From Candidatus Heimdallarchaeota archaeon (GTDB lineage: Archaea; Asgardarchaeota; Heimdallarchaeia; Hodarchaeales; Hodarchaeaceae): a stretch of DNA of 32,000 bases. The translations under genes and the position numbers were made by a program. The notes beneath the pieces were generated by a model. It had not been told where the DNA came from and ran no database searches. It worked only from the letters and a program-made list of their open reading frames with translations. This document shows, in pieces, positions 1-8,616 of this stretch (the first letter of the stretch is position 1; the number at the start of each line of letters is the position of its first letter). The stretch covers positions 83,713-115,712 of the forward strand of contig DXJL01000113.1 in NCBI GenBank assembly GCA_019057635.1, read 5' to 3'.

Positions 1-1177
1 TCAATATTTCGAGATATGTAACCATTTCCGTTGGAGTAGTTTTTAAATCCAGGAAAGAATCAGTAGAAACATCTGATGTCTGGAAATCCCCACTAACTTC
101 TTCTGTCTCAAAGTAAAGAACTGAAGTAATGAAAATCATTGAAACTAATGAGAACACTGATCCGTACATAAACATTACATCCCATGAGTAGCCCAAGAAA
201 GTATAGTCTAGATTTGACAAATTGAGTAATTCTTGTACTTGGGAAGAAGATGATAAGACAAGAATAAATGACATTAATACCATAAAAAATCCGATAAGTA
301 ATGTTAGGAACCAAATCAGTTTTAATTTATCTAAAACACCACTAAATTTTCTCGAACTGGAAAGAAAAGCCGCTGTTGAGAGTAAAAGTAAGCTTCCAAA
401 CGAATAAATAACATACCATTCAGTGTCAGCGGGAATGGGATCAAGAATTTCTATACCAATTAAAAGTGAAAGAATAACTACTACAAATCCAAACACAAAT
501 CCAATTAGCCAGAGTAACCTTGTATTGTCGAGAAAATTTCGGAAACCATGACTTGCGGATATTAACAAGGGAAAAACGCCTAAAATTAGGAATATACCAC
601 CACTCAAAAATAGGACGTCCCATGAAGTACCTCCAATTAGTGGTATCGTTGTGAGTAAATCATCGATGTAATGGCCATATGCCAACATAGACGCTATTTC
701 TAGAATCAATCCTATCACTATTAGGAATAAATATAGAAATTTGAGATTCCATAAGCGTTCACGATCACGAACACCAAATAATAGTGGCAATAAACTCACA
801 CAGAAGACAACACCAGAAAGAATAAAGTAATCGAACCAAATGGTAATTTCTGTGTCAATCGCAGTTACAAAACCACCATAAACTAACAATGAATAAATAA
901 TGCCTAAAATGCTGATACTGAATAAGAGTATTAAATGAGGATATATCTTCTTTACACTCATTTTCCCTCTGGCATCCATCACTGACAATGAAGGTAAAGC
1001 CGTTATGATTGTCAAGTAAAAGCCGAAAGCAAATAAGATTTTATAATCTAAACCTATTAGCAATCTATCTGCTGAAGCTACGCCAGAATAGTAGAGAAAA
1101 CCTAGTACAATGCTGAATATACCAATTACTGTAAGTGTGAGAAGTCCTCTTGACGTTTTTACAAATGTTTCTCTCAA
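1..1177 (-). CDS. polytopic membrane protein of unknown function; 3' end runs off the left edge
   Basis: Manual minus-strand translation from TTG at 1177 is open to base 1 (about 392 codons). In-frame stop at 1204-1202. GGAG lies about 8 nt upstream of the TTG. The product (LRETFVKTSRGLLTLTVIGIFSIVLGFLYY...GGTSWDVLFLSGGIFLILGVFPLL...) is a string of hydrophobic helices. Absent from the ORF track, probably because it has no stop in the window. The three track ORFs here are in other frames or on the other strand. Confidence 0.6.
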   Translation of the reverse strand, partial: MRETFVKTSRGLLTLTVIGIFSIVLGFLYYSGVASADRLLIGLDYKILFAFGFYLTIITALPSLSVMDARGKMSVKKIYPHLILLFSISILGIIYSLLVYGGFVTAIDTEITIWFDYFILSGVVFCVSLLPLLFGVRDRERLWNLKFLYLFLIVIGLILEIASMLAYGHYIDDLLTTIPLIGGTSWDVLFLSGGIFLILGVFPLLISASHGFRNFLDNTRLLWLIGFVFGFVVVILSLLIGIEILDPIPADTEWYVIYSFGSLLLLSTAAFLSSSRKFSGVLDKLKLIWFLTLLIGFFMVLMSFILVLSSSSQVQELLNLSNLDYTFLGYSWDVMFMYGSVFSLVSMIFITSVLYFETEEVSGDFQTSDVSTDSFLDLKTTPTEMVTYLEIL

Positions 1178-1696
1178 AAAATAAATCTCCTTATCACAAG
1201 TTCAGATAAATCTGTTTAGGAATAAGTCTAATACCTACTAATATAAGTCTAGTCTTATTTCAAATATTGTTGCTTTGCCGACAAAAAGTCAGTATTTAGA
1301 ATAATTTCAAGAATTTCGACTCCTTCTTGAGTAAATGAAGCATTTTTCTATTTATACCAACAAAGAATTATCCTCGCAAAAACTACTATCAAGATAACTA
1401 ATAAGATTACACTTTTATACATAAGGAAATAGTTTATTGACCAAATTATGAAATAGATCCAATATTAAGGCTTTTAATCAGTTAGAGTTTTTATATTATC
1501 AGAGTTTTTTTTTAGGAAATATATCAAACTTCAAGAAAAGATCAAAAGACAATATTAGAATTCCAGAAAAATGATGGAAAACTTCATCCTAGAGTTTAGT
1601 AACTCCAGAAAAGCATATTAAGAGTAGGTAGATATCAAAAGATATAATGAGAACAAAAAAAATCTTATAAGGACTAATTAACACCCAAATTAAATA

Positions 1697-1813
1697 GCCG
1701 GGGTATTCTAGTCCGGCAGGAAGCATGCCTGGAAATATCATGATAAGGATTCATCCTTTCAACTAAAAAGCATGTGCTCTTTGAGCTCGAGAGTTCAAAT
1801 CTCTCCCCCGGCG
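1697..1813 (+). tRNA. tRNA-Ser(GGA), class II, with an anticodon-loop intron
   Basis: Acceptor GCCGGGG/CCCCGGC plus discriminator G. T arm GAGAG-TTCAAAT-CTCTC. Anticodon stem CATGC(1724-1728)/GCATG(1770-1774), loop CTGGAA..A. Long variable arm T-GCTC-TTT-GAGC-TC. 3-bp D stem TTC/GAA with a large loop, as in type II tRNAs. Confidence 0.8.
1735..1768 (+). other. tRNA-Ser intron (about 34 nt, after position 37; exact borders ambiguous because of A runs)
   Basis: The sequence between the anticodon GGA-A and the 3' anticodon-stem strand is far too long for a 7-nt loop. It contains an internal hairpin AAGGAT-TC-ATCCTT. I could not draw a clean canonical BHB. Confidence 0.65.
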
Positions 1814-2114
1814 CTTAATTCTGAACATTTCAGCCATTTAGATGTAATAATTATAAATTATAGATATTTACAGCAACTATTAGGAAATTTTCTATTCGAA
1901 AATCTCATTTCAGAAGTGGGAGGAAACCTTTGAGTTCACCCGTATCAAATCTCACAAAAAGCCACAATCGAATGAAATCGCGATGTGTTCGTAACCATAA
2001 TATAGGGCATTCAAACTCCTTTTCAACCAGAGGAGAATAGCAAAACGGATAACCCCTTATAGTGTTTGATGTTCAAACTATTCATTATTGAACAAATATT
2101 AGTAGGAATGAATT

Positions 2115-2573
2115 TTGGAGTATAATCACCAATTAAGGATTGCAGGAGCCGATTGTCCAGGAAATTGGCTTGTAGCTCATGCTATTACCAAGATACGTGG
2201 AGTAGGCTACCGTCTTGCTACTCAGATTTGCCATAAAGCTGAAATCGACCCTGAAATGCGATGTGGGTTCTTAACTGAAGACGAAGTTCAGTTAATAGAG
2301 GATGTTATTACAAATTGCTCCGCCTTTGATATCCCCGCTTGGATGTTAAATCGTCAGAAGGATATTGAATCAGGTGAAGATTTGCATATAATTAGTAATG
2401 ATTTAATTGATATAATTAGGCTTGATATTGAACGAGAGAAAAAGACCCGATCTTATAGAGGAATTCGACACTACTTGGGTCTCCCTGTCCGTGGGCAGAG
2501 AACAAAAACCTCTGGCCGTGGTGGAACCACGATAGGAGTGTCAAAAAAGAAAGTAAAGCAATCAGGTGAATAA
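2115..2573 (+). CDS. rps13: 30S ribosomal protein uS13 (S13p/S18e)
   Basis: LRIAGADCPG...KIRGVGYRLA...YRGIRHYLGLPVRGQRTKTSGR is the uS13 signature. TTG start. First gene of the S13-S4-S11 trio. Confidence 0.93.
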   Translation: MEYNHQLRIAGADCPGNWLVAHAITKIRGVGYRLATQICHKAEIDPEMRCGFLTEDEVQLIEDVITNCSAFDIPAWMLNRQKDIESGEDLHIISNDLIDIIRLDIEREKKTRSYRGIRHYLGLPVRGQRTKTSGRGGTTIGVSKKKVKQSGE

Positions 2574-2574
2574 A

Positions 2575-3132
2575 ATGGGAGATCCTAGAAAATTAAGAAA
2601 AAAGCTTGAAGGTCCTCGCCATCCATTCAATAAAACACGTATTGAAGAAGAAATGCAGTATATGGGGCGGTTTGGGCTCAGAAATAAAAAAGAAATTTGG
2701 AAGGCTCAAACAATTCTTCGCAAATATAGATCAAGAGCTCGTGCCTCTCTTGCTTTACCAGAGTCCCAAAGAGAAACAGAAAGAAATAATCTAGTTAAGA
2801 AATTATTTCGTATGGGAATTATGACAAACGAAGAGGGATTGACTGATGATGTTCTTTCTCTGAATGTAGAGCAATTTTTAAAACGAAGATTACAATCTAT
2901 TGTTCACGAACTCGGTTTAGCAAATACTCCTTGGCAAGCTCGACAAATGATTTGCCATGGACACATTGCACTCGAAGGCCGAAAAGTTACTGCTCCTAGT
3001 TATCATGTGAAACGTGGTGAGGAAGAATCAATAACTTTTTCTCCAAGTTCTCCATATAATGATTCTGCACATCCAGCTTTGAGTGTACCCGCTTCAAGAG
3101 CTGTTAGACCTCCTCCCTCGGAGGAACATTAA
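2575..3132 (+). CDS. rps4: 30S ribosomal protein uS4 (S4p/S9e)
   Basis: I chose the ATG at 2575, which gives MGDPRKLRKK, the typical archaeal uS4 N-terminus, over the track's GTG at 2566, which overlaps the rps13 stop. S4 RNA-binding domain RLQSIVHELGLANTPWQARQMICHGHI. Confidence 0.93.
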   Translation: MGDPRKLRKKLEGPRHPFNKTRIEEEMQYMGRFGLRNKKEIWKAQTILRKYRSRARASLALPESQRETERNNLVKKLFRMGIMTNEEGLTDDVLSLNVEQFLKRRLQSIVHELGLANTPWQARQMICHGHIALEGRKVTAPSYHVKRGEEESITFSPSSPYNDSAHPALSVPASRAVRPPPSEEH

Positions 3133-3159
3133 TTTTTTCGAACAAGTTGGTTATTAAAT

Positions 3160-3561
3160 ATGTCTAAAGCAAATAAAAATCCTTCTACTGGAATCGCTCA
3201 TATCTTAAGCTCTTATAATAATACAATAATAACTTTGACTGATATGACTGGCGCTGAAACCATTGCCAAATCTTCAGGCGGACAAGTTGTTCGTGCAGAT
3301 CGCAACCAGTCATCTCCTTATGCTGCAATGAAAGTTGGACATGAAATAGCTAGAGCTGCAAAAGAAAAAGGGATAAGGAAAATCGTGGTCAAAGTTAGAG
3401 CCCCTGGAGGTTCTGGTGCTCGAAACCCTGGCCCTGGCGCTCAAGCAGCTATACGAGCAATTGCACGTTCAGGATTGCAAATCACACGAATTGAAGAAGT
3501 AACACCCATTCCTCACGATAGTACAAGACAACGTGGTGGAAGACGTGGACGTCGTGTGTAA
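3160..3561 (+). CDS. rps11: 30S ribosomal protein uS11 (S11p/S14e)
   Basis: [21 protein letters not shown]...SSPYAAM...VKVRAPGG...[33 protein letters not shown] is the uS11 signature. Confidence 0.95.
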   Translation: MSKANKNPSTGIAHILSSYNNTIITLTDMTGAETIAKSSGGQVVRADRNQSSPYAAMKVGHEIARAAKEKGIRKIVVKVRAPGGSGARNPGPGAQAAIRAIARSGLQITRIEEVTPIPHDSTRQRGGRRGRRV

Positions 3562-3652
3562 GGTAAGAAGAAGCTGTTAAGTGGTTTTACTCCAAGTCTG
3601 TTTGGAAATTGAGCTGAAAATTTGTTCCACAGGTGTTCTATCTATTCAGAAC

Positions 3653-4627
3653 TCAAACTTTCTTCCAAGATGAGGGATAAGTTTCTTTTTTCATAAAAAC
3701 AGCAATGGGTTTCGCGCATATCCCATTTTTTAAATCCGCTATTTTCTTACTTGTCAATATACTTCTTCCAAAAGCTACTAGTTCTCCTTTCATTGTAAGG
3801 ATCGCCAGTAAAGAATTTTTATCAATATTTCTTGTAAACTGAATTATACCAGGAAGAGTTAGCTGGGCACCATGACAAATTGCATCAACGGCTGAGTCCC
3901 GTATGAATATTTTAGGTAAATGAACACAAATCGCTTCTATGGGCTGAATTATTTCACGAATTAAGGTTTCATCGCCATTTTCATTATAATAATGCCACGC
4001 ATCAGTCAAATCTTGCAAAGTTCTACTCATATTCTCATTAAACGGTCCTGTATGAGTGCGTCTTAATTCATGCATATGTGCCCCTGTGCCTAGAATTAAC
4101 CCAATATCATGACAAAGTTTACGAATATAAGTCCCTGCCTCACATTTAATTCTCAGTAATGAATATTGAGATTCTTGGTGTTCAATAAGCTCTAGTGAAT
4201 AGATCTTTCTTACACGTAATTGCCTTTTAACATTACTTCTAATTGGAGGAGTTTGATAAATTTTTCCTCGAAATATTCCAAGTATTTCTTCTACTTCCTG
4301 CTGTGTTCTAGGTTCATGAAGCTTCATAATGCAGATGTACTCCTTACCTGCAGGTAGTAACACTTGAAGTGAACGTGTTGCACGACCTAGAGCGATAGGT
4401 AAACATCCCGTGACAGCAGGATCAAGTGTACCGCCATGACCTGCCTTTTTAATCCCGAGGATATGTTTTACCCACGCTGTAACTTCATGAGAGGTGGGAT
4501 TCGCAGGTTTATCAAGATTTATGATCCCTAGATTTAGAAGTCCTGGAACACTACGTTTTTCTGGAGATAGACCATAATCAGGACTTGTATGGTAATTTGC
4601 AACCTTTACAAAAAAAGGGGAAGTCAT
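3653..4627 (-). CDS. cbf5: H/ACA RNP pseudouridine synthase Cbf5 (TruB family with C-terminal PUA)
   Basis: INLDKPANPTSHEV...KKAGHGGTLDPAVTGCLPIALG contains the TruB catalytic Asp motif. PUA-like C-terminus. Sits 30 nt downstream of rpl14e, a conserved archaeal adjacency. Confidence 0.93.
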   Translation of the reverse strand: MTSPFFVKVANYHTSPDYGLSPEKRSVPGLLNLGIINLDKPANPTSHEVTAWVKHILGIKKAGHGGTLDPAVTGCLPIALGRATRSLQVLLPAGKEYICIMKLHEPRTQQEVEEILGIFRGKIYQTPPIRSNVKRQLRVRKIYSLELIEHQESQYSLLRIKCEAGTYIRKLCHDIGLILGTGAHMHELRRTHTGPFNENMSRTLQDLTDAWHYYNENGDETLIREIIQPIEAICVHLPKIFIRDSAVDAICHGAQLTLPGIIQFTRNIDKNSLLAILTMKGELVAFGRSILTSKKIADLKNGICAKPIAVFMKKETYPSSWKKV

Positions 4628-4657
4628 AAAAAGATCCCAAAAATGGAAAAAGAAGAT

Positions 4658-4936
4658 TCAGACAGTAATCTGTATAGGTTCTTTAATCGCTTCAAGGAGA
4701 TCCGCTTTTTCAAGCGCTTTTTGTATTGCATCATCTTTTGCTCCCCGTTTAATACTAATAATTGTATCTAAGGGGCGAATGTGCTTTATATTACAGCGAC
4801 GTCGTTTAACAGCGGATACACCACCACCGGAAATCAAAACAAAGTTTTGATCAACTAAATCAACGATCACTGCTTTCATTAGCGCCTCGCGTCCGGCGGT
4901 CTTTACAATAACTCTACCAACTTCAATCGCAGCCAT
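4658..4936 (-). CDS. rpl14e: 50S ribosomal protein eL14 (L14e)
   Basis: MAAIEVGRVIVKTAGREA...AVIVDLVDQNFVLISG...VKRRRCNIKHIRP is a KOW-type L14e pattern. Located immediately upstream of cbf5. Confidence 0.85.
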   Translation of the reverse strand: MAAIEVGRVIVKTAGREALMKAVIVDLVDQNFVLISGGGVSAVKRRRCNIKHIRPLDTIISIKRGAKDDAIQKALEKADLLEAIKEPIQITV

Positions 4937-5475
4937 CTATATTCATTCCTCTAGTTAGAATACGCATCTTTTGAGATAAAAGCAGAAAATGTACACAAAT
5001 CTTTGCATGAACGGACGGGTGCCTTAAATTCTGCCTAAATTCAAGTATGGCCTTTTTTAAGTATAATTCATATAACTTTCTAACTGACAAAATAGCTAAA
5101 TCAAACTAGAAGTGTCGAAATGACCCCCTGAGAATGATAATTAGATCTTATAATGAAAGAGTATTAATTCCCTTATTATTTCATTGGATCAGTTAAAAAT
5201 CCCTTAATTTTCCTATTTTACAAAAAAAAATATTCAATGAAGCCCAAAAATAGCTATCCGTAAATTATTCTTGGAATAGGAGGAAGTTATTCAAAAATCC
5301 TTTGAGATTTCCTTATCTCGTGGATATCTATTCTCTTTTAATGTTTTAAGATCGTCTCCAGATGATTCAGTCTATCTCTATTTTCCCTTTTCAAGAATGA
5401 TTATTTATTAAGAATGGATGAAACAGTCATAACTGAAAATTAGAATCAATCCTTTGTTATGGTTCGGGTTCAAAA

Positions 5476-5580
5476 GCTGCTGTGGCTTAGTTGGTAGAGC
5501 GACAGACTCGTAAGATTTATAGAAGATCATAATAACTCCGAGATATCTGTTGGCCGTGGGTTCAAGTCCCACCAGCAGCT
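5476..5580 (+). tRNA. tRNA-Thr(CGT) with a canonical 37/38 intron
   Basis: Acceptor GCTGCTG/CAGCAGC plus T. D arm GCTT-AGTTGGT-AGAGC. Anticodon stem ACAGA/TCTGT, loop CTCGTA|A. T arm GTGGG-TTCAAGT-CCCAC. Confidence 0.9.
5513..5544 (+). other. tRNA-Thr intron (32 nt) within a textbook bulge-helix-bulge motif
   Basis: CTCG (positions 32-35) pairs with CGAG near the intron's 3' end, forming the 4-bp central helix. It is flanked by 3-nt bulges TAA and ATA. Cutting after the 2nd bulge nucleotide on each strand yields the mature loop CTCGTAA. Confidence 0.8.
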
Positions 5581-5616
5581 CTAATCCACTATACCTCTTT
5601 AAGAATTCCGATCTAA

Positions 5617-6456
5617 CTATTTCATCTTAAAGAAGTCAGTAAAAGTGTAGATGGGAAAATCCGTGTAATGATCGATAATCTCAGTGATCTGTACTAGGGT
5701 ATTCTTTTGAAAATTTCTTACTATCTCTTTCTGGTTCTCCGTTTTGACTAATGACTCTAACTTCTGAAAATAATCATTGGTTCGTGTCTTCCATTCTCCC
5801 CTAGATCGTCTATCGATCCGATAGATGATCGGTGTTTCGATTTCCTCAATACTAACACCGTTCTGATGAACATAATGCCAAAATACTAATGGAAATGAAT
5901 AACCAGCGTGATCCATTTTTGAAGGCAGACTTCGTACTCTATATCCTTTTAACCCACAAAAAGCATCAGTTATTTGAATATCAAATATTTCGTTAATTGT
6001 TCTAGTGAGAAACATATTTGTAACATATCTATCAACAGGAACTTTGGTATTATCTTTCCAGAACCTATACGTCAAATACCTACTTGTTGAGATTAGGTCA
6101 AGCTCTGAATTTGTTGCCAATTTATCAATTATCTCTTTAATGGTGAAAGGAGCATGTTGCAAATCAGCATCAAATGTAATTAATACGTCATACCCTTTCT
6201 TTGCTTCCTTAAACAAAGTGAGGATTGTGTTTCCATATCCTAGGGGCCCTCGCTCATGGCGAACGATTTTTAGATGATAGCTTAATGAAAGCTCTTCGTA
6301 TATTTCACGGGATTGGTCTGTGCTTCCATCATCAGCGATAAGAACGTCAATCTCGTAATTTTGACACTCTGAGTGTAAAAACTCATAGAGAGAGACTAAA
6401 CACTCATGGAGATATGCCTGTTCATTGTGCAGTGGAATACCGATTAGAATTTTAAT
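5617..6456 (-). CDS. family 2 glycosyltransferase (dolichyl-phosphate sugar synthase-like); start codon non-canonical or unresolved
   Basis: The track ORF (5617-6216) holds only the C-terminal two thirds. The same frame stays open upstream and encodes KILIGIPLHNEQAYL...DVLIADDGSTDQSREIY...RHERGPLGYGNTIL, the GT-A N-terminus with DxD region. There is no ATG/GTG/TTG in that stretch. An ATT at 6456-6454 lies 7 nt after GGAGG (6468-6464). Confidence 0.7.
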   Translation of the reverse strand: MKILIGIPLHNEQAYLHECLVSLYEFLHSECQNYEIDVLIADDGSTDQSREIYEELSLSYHLKIVRHERGPLGYGNTILTLFKEAKKGYDVLITFDADLQHAPFTIKEIIDKLATNSELDLISTSRYLTYRFWKDNTKVPVDRYVTNMFLTRTINEIFDIQITDAFCGLKGYRVRSLPSKMDHAGYSFPLVFWHYVHQNGVSIEEIETPIIYRIDRRSRGEWKTRTNDYFQKLESLVKTENQKEIVRNFQKNTLVQITEIIDHYTDFPIYTFTDFFKMK

Positions 6457-6838
6457 ATGGAATCCTCCTACATAAGGAGAGGTTATAAGGGGAGATATAG
6501 TGTCAATATAGAAAGACTAGGAGTTAACTTATCAATCATTTTGATAAGAATGAAAATTCACGTTTGTACATTCCTTCCATTGAGGTGGAAAAAATTCTTG
6601 TAAAGGAATCTTTTTCTTTGTGGAAGGCGGTTACAGGACTAAACTTGTCAAACTATTACAATTGGTTTATAGTAGGTTAACAAAGTCAAAATACATAATA
6701 TAATGTCGTTAATTTATAATAAAAGTAAAGAAGCTTAGAAATAGGTTTTACTTGGGATGATCCTTACGAAGTTAAGTTCATTTCAAACTGAAGTTTTCTG
6801 AAATCCTTTTAAAACTTCTTTTTCTCGGGTAGAATAGA

Positions 6839-6853
6839 GTGTTCTAAGAACAC
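6839..6853. promoter_or_regulatory. perfect 15-nt palindrome GTGTTC-TAA-GAACAC upstream of the thioredoxin gene
   Basis: Read directly. Its 3' end lies 30 nt upstream of the trx ATG at 6883. Confidence 0.35.
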
Positions 6854-6882
6854 GGTGACAAATACGTCAATCAGATAGGAGA

Positions 6883-7323
6883 ATGGTAGATATATTGACT
6901 GAGTTTGATCCTGAACTTCAAGAGATTTTGAAAAAGAAGGCTTCATCGTTAAAAAAAGACGCATCTTTCTTCAATGAAGTGAATCAAAATGGAGTCACTC
7001 ACGTTGACAATTCAAATATCGATAAGATTATTCAATCCTCTCCTCTACCTGTCTTAGTAGATTTTTCTGCTGATGCATGGTGCAGACCTTGTCAAGTAAT
7101 GGCTCCAGTGTACGAAGAATTAAGTCACGAATATGCCAAAAAGGTTGTATTTCTTAAAATTAACACTGATCACAACCAACAAGCATCTGGTAGATATCGA
7201 ATTTTTTCTGTACCAACCTTTATCATGTTTAAATCAGGTGAGCGAGTAGCGCAACGAGCTGGCGCAGCTCCAAAAGCTAAATTTAAAACATGGATTGAGG
7301 AGATTTTATCAAGCAGTGCCTAA
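6883..7323 (+). CDS. thioredoxin with an N-terminal extension of about 45 aa; active site WCRPC
   Basis: VLVDFSADAWCRPCQVMAPVYEEL...FLKINTD...YRIFSVPTFIMFKSGE is a thioredoxin fold signature. GGAG lies 2 nt upstream of the ATG. Confidence 0.85.
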   Translation: MVDILTEFDPELQEILKKKASSLKKDASFFNEVNQNGVTHVDNSNIDKIIQSSPLPVLVDFSADAWCRPCQVMAPVYEELSHEYAKKVVFLKINTDHNQQASGRYRIFSVPTFIMFKSGERVAQRAGAAPKAKFKTWIEEILSSSA

Positions 7324-7539
7324 TAATTTGAAATAGCAAATAATGAATTACCAAGTAGTGTGAAGTATTTTGAGAGAAAAATGGAAGAAAAAACGGCTGA
7401 GAAAAAGAAAACGTAAAGAACGAAGAAGGAAAGGATAATTTCTCGTCTATTTTTCTGCAAGATATATGTCCCTAGTGATGATAAGACCTAAATCTTGCCA
7501 CGATTACTTCTTTTGAACCATAAGGTGTGTTCACAAAAA

Positions 7540-8616
7540 ATGATCATTGGTGTGATAGGATCAAGGGGAACAGTACCGACTGCAAATAATGCCACAACGT
7601 CATTTTTGGTTGACAATAAATTTTTATTTGAATGTCCTTCAGAAATCGTTCAGTCTTTCCATAGGTTCCAGAAGAATTGGCTTAAAGTTATTGAAACTAC
7701 AAAAAGCAGTGAACTTAAGGCTCTAGGTAGGCCAACTTTCGGTAAGATCTCATATATTATCCTTTCTCATCTTCATTTTGATCATTGGGGGGGACTCCCT
7801 CACATTTTACATCGTATTATGCTACTAGAAAGAGAAAAACGAGAAACTGAGCCATTAAATCTTGTAATACCTAAAGGTTCCACAATTCCTTTACAGCAAC
7901 GCATGAAACAGGCATTCTCGCTTGATGACTCAAGTTTTCCACTCCTGGATGATGAATTTCTATATAGGTTCCTTGCTATAGAAGTAGGATCTATTATAAC
8001 TAAAGTTTTGAAGATTAAAGTGATTGAGGTTGGAGAAATAATTACTCCAGAATCAGGATACACTCTTAGCTGTGAACATAATTTTCATCTTCCACAAGGA
8101 TCTGTTGCTTATAAAATTTCTTTTAACAAAGTGAAACTTGATGTGAAAAAAGCTCAACAATTAGGAATTCCCTTCAATTCAACTCTCAGACAAATTGAGG
8201 AAAGTAACTACCCTATACAAATTGAAGGAAATTCCATCAAACGATCAGATATTTTTCGGGATATAAAGGTTGTTCTTGGATATTCCGGAGATACTGCCCT
8301 TAATTCTAAAATTCTTGAATTTTTTTCCGATTGTAACGTGATCATTCATGAAACGACTTATTTAGATTATGATGATAGTTATCATCTTGACCTACACACT
8401 GACCTTCAATCATTAGTTGAGGCATTAGTAGACTTCAAAGATTTATTTCTCCTTTTACCCATTCATTTTTCAATCCGTCATAATTCTAAGGAAATTAAAC
8501 AAGCAATAGATCGAATTGAGAAGAAAGAATTCATGATTAGCAATACGATGACCACATTTATTATTCACGTGAATGAAGAATCGATTGTTGCCTTATATGA
8601 AAAATCGAGTTCATGA
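7540..8616 (+). CDS. rnz: RNase Z-like metallo-beta-lactamase fold nuclease (tRNA 3' endonuclease family)
   Basis: MIIGVIGSRGTVP...TSFLV...FLFECPSE, HLHFDHWGGLPHIL (HxHxDH), IIHETTY and IHFSIRH match the RNase Z motif order. A long insertion is consistent with a flexible arm. I prefer the ATG at 7540 over the track's TTG at 7495. Confidence 0.62.
   Translation: MIIGVIGSRGTVPTANNATTSFLVDNKFLFECPSEIVQSFHRFQKNWLKVIETTKSSELKALGRPTFGKISYIILSHLHFDHWGGLPHILHRIMLLEREKRETEPLNLVIPKGSTIPLQQRMKQAFSLDDSSFPLLDDEFLYRFLAIEVGSIITKVLKIKVIEVGEIITPESGYTLSCEHNFHLPQGSVAYKISFNKVKLDVKKAQQLGIPFNSTLRQIEESNYPIQIEGNSIKRSDIFRDIKVVLGYSGDTALNSKILEFFSDCNVIIHETTYLDYDDSYHLDLHTDLQSLVEALVDFKDLFLLLPIHFSIRHNSKEIKQAIDRIEKKEFMISNTMTTFIIHVNEESIVALYEKSSS

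Noticed and set aside
108-623. Track ORFs 108-314 (minus), 222-407 (plus) and 441-623 (minus)
   Set aside because: All fall inside the long edge-truncated membrane-protein frame (1-1177, minus), in other frames or on the other strand. They are shadow ORFs of AT-rich coding DNA.
1178-1696. A long (about 520 bp) AT-rich spacer, plus a similar one at 4937-5475, examined for repeats, small RNAs or CRISPR-like periodicity
   Set aside because: I could identify no repeated units, no conserved RNA motifs and no stable long-range stems. They are treated as promoter or spacer DNA.
2606-2794. 62-aa plus-strand ORF inside rps4
   Set aside because: It is an alternative frame of a highly conserved ribosomal protein gene.
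3562-3652. Absence of rpoD, rpl18e, rpl13 and rps9 after rps11 as an anomaly
   Set aside because: The S13-S4-S11 trio simply ends at a convergent gene here. Operon fragmentation is common and not informative on its own.
4589-4771. 60-aa plus-strand ORF spanning the cbf5 start and the rpl14e end
   Set aside because: It is antisense to two well-supported genes and has no motif.
6005-6277. 90-aa plus-strand ORF
   Set aside because: It is antisense to the GT2 glycosyltransferase coding frame.
7477-7530. Possible C/D box sRNA (GTGATGA at 7477-7483)
   Set aside because: No CTGA D or D' boxes occur at the required spacing, and there is no C' box. It is more likely just promoter or leader sequence of the RNase Z-like gene. 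Every other TGATGA hit I noticed fell inside a CDS or, like the one at 19264-19270 upstream of the hsp20 array, lacked CTGA D boxes.
7800-8063. 87-aa minus-strand ORF
   Set aside because: It is antisense within the RNase Z-like gene.
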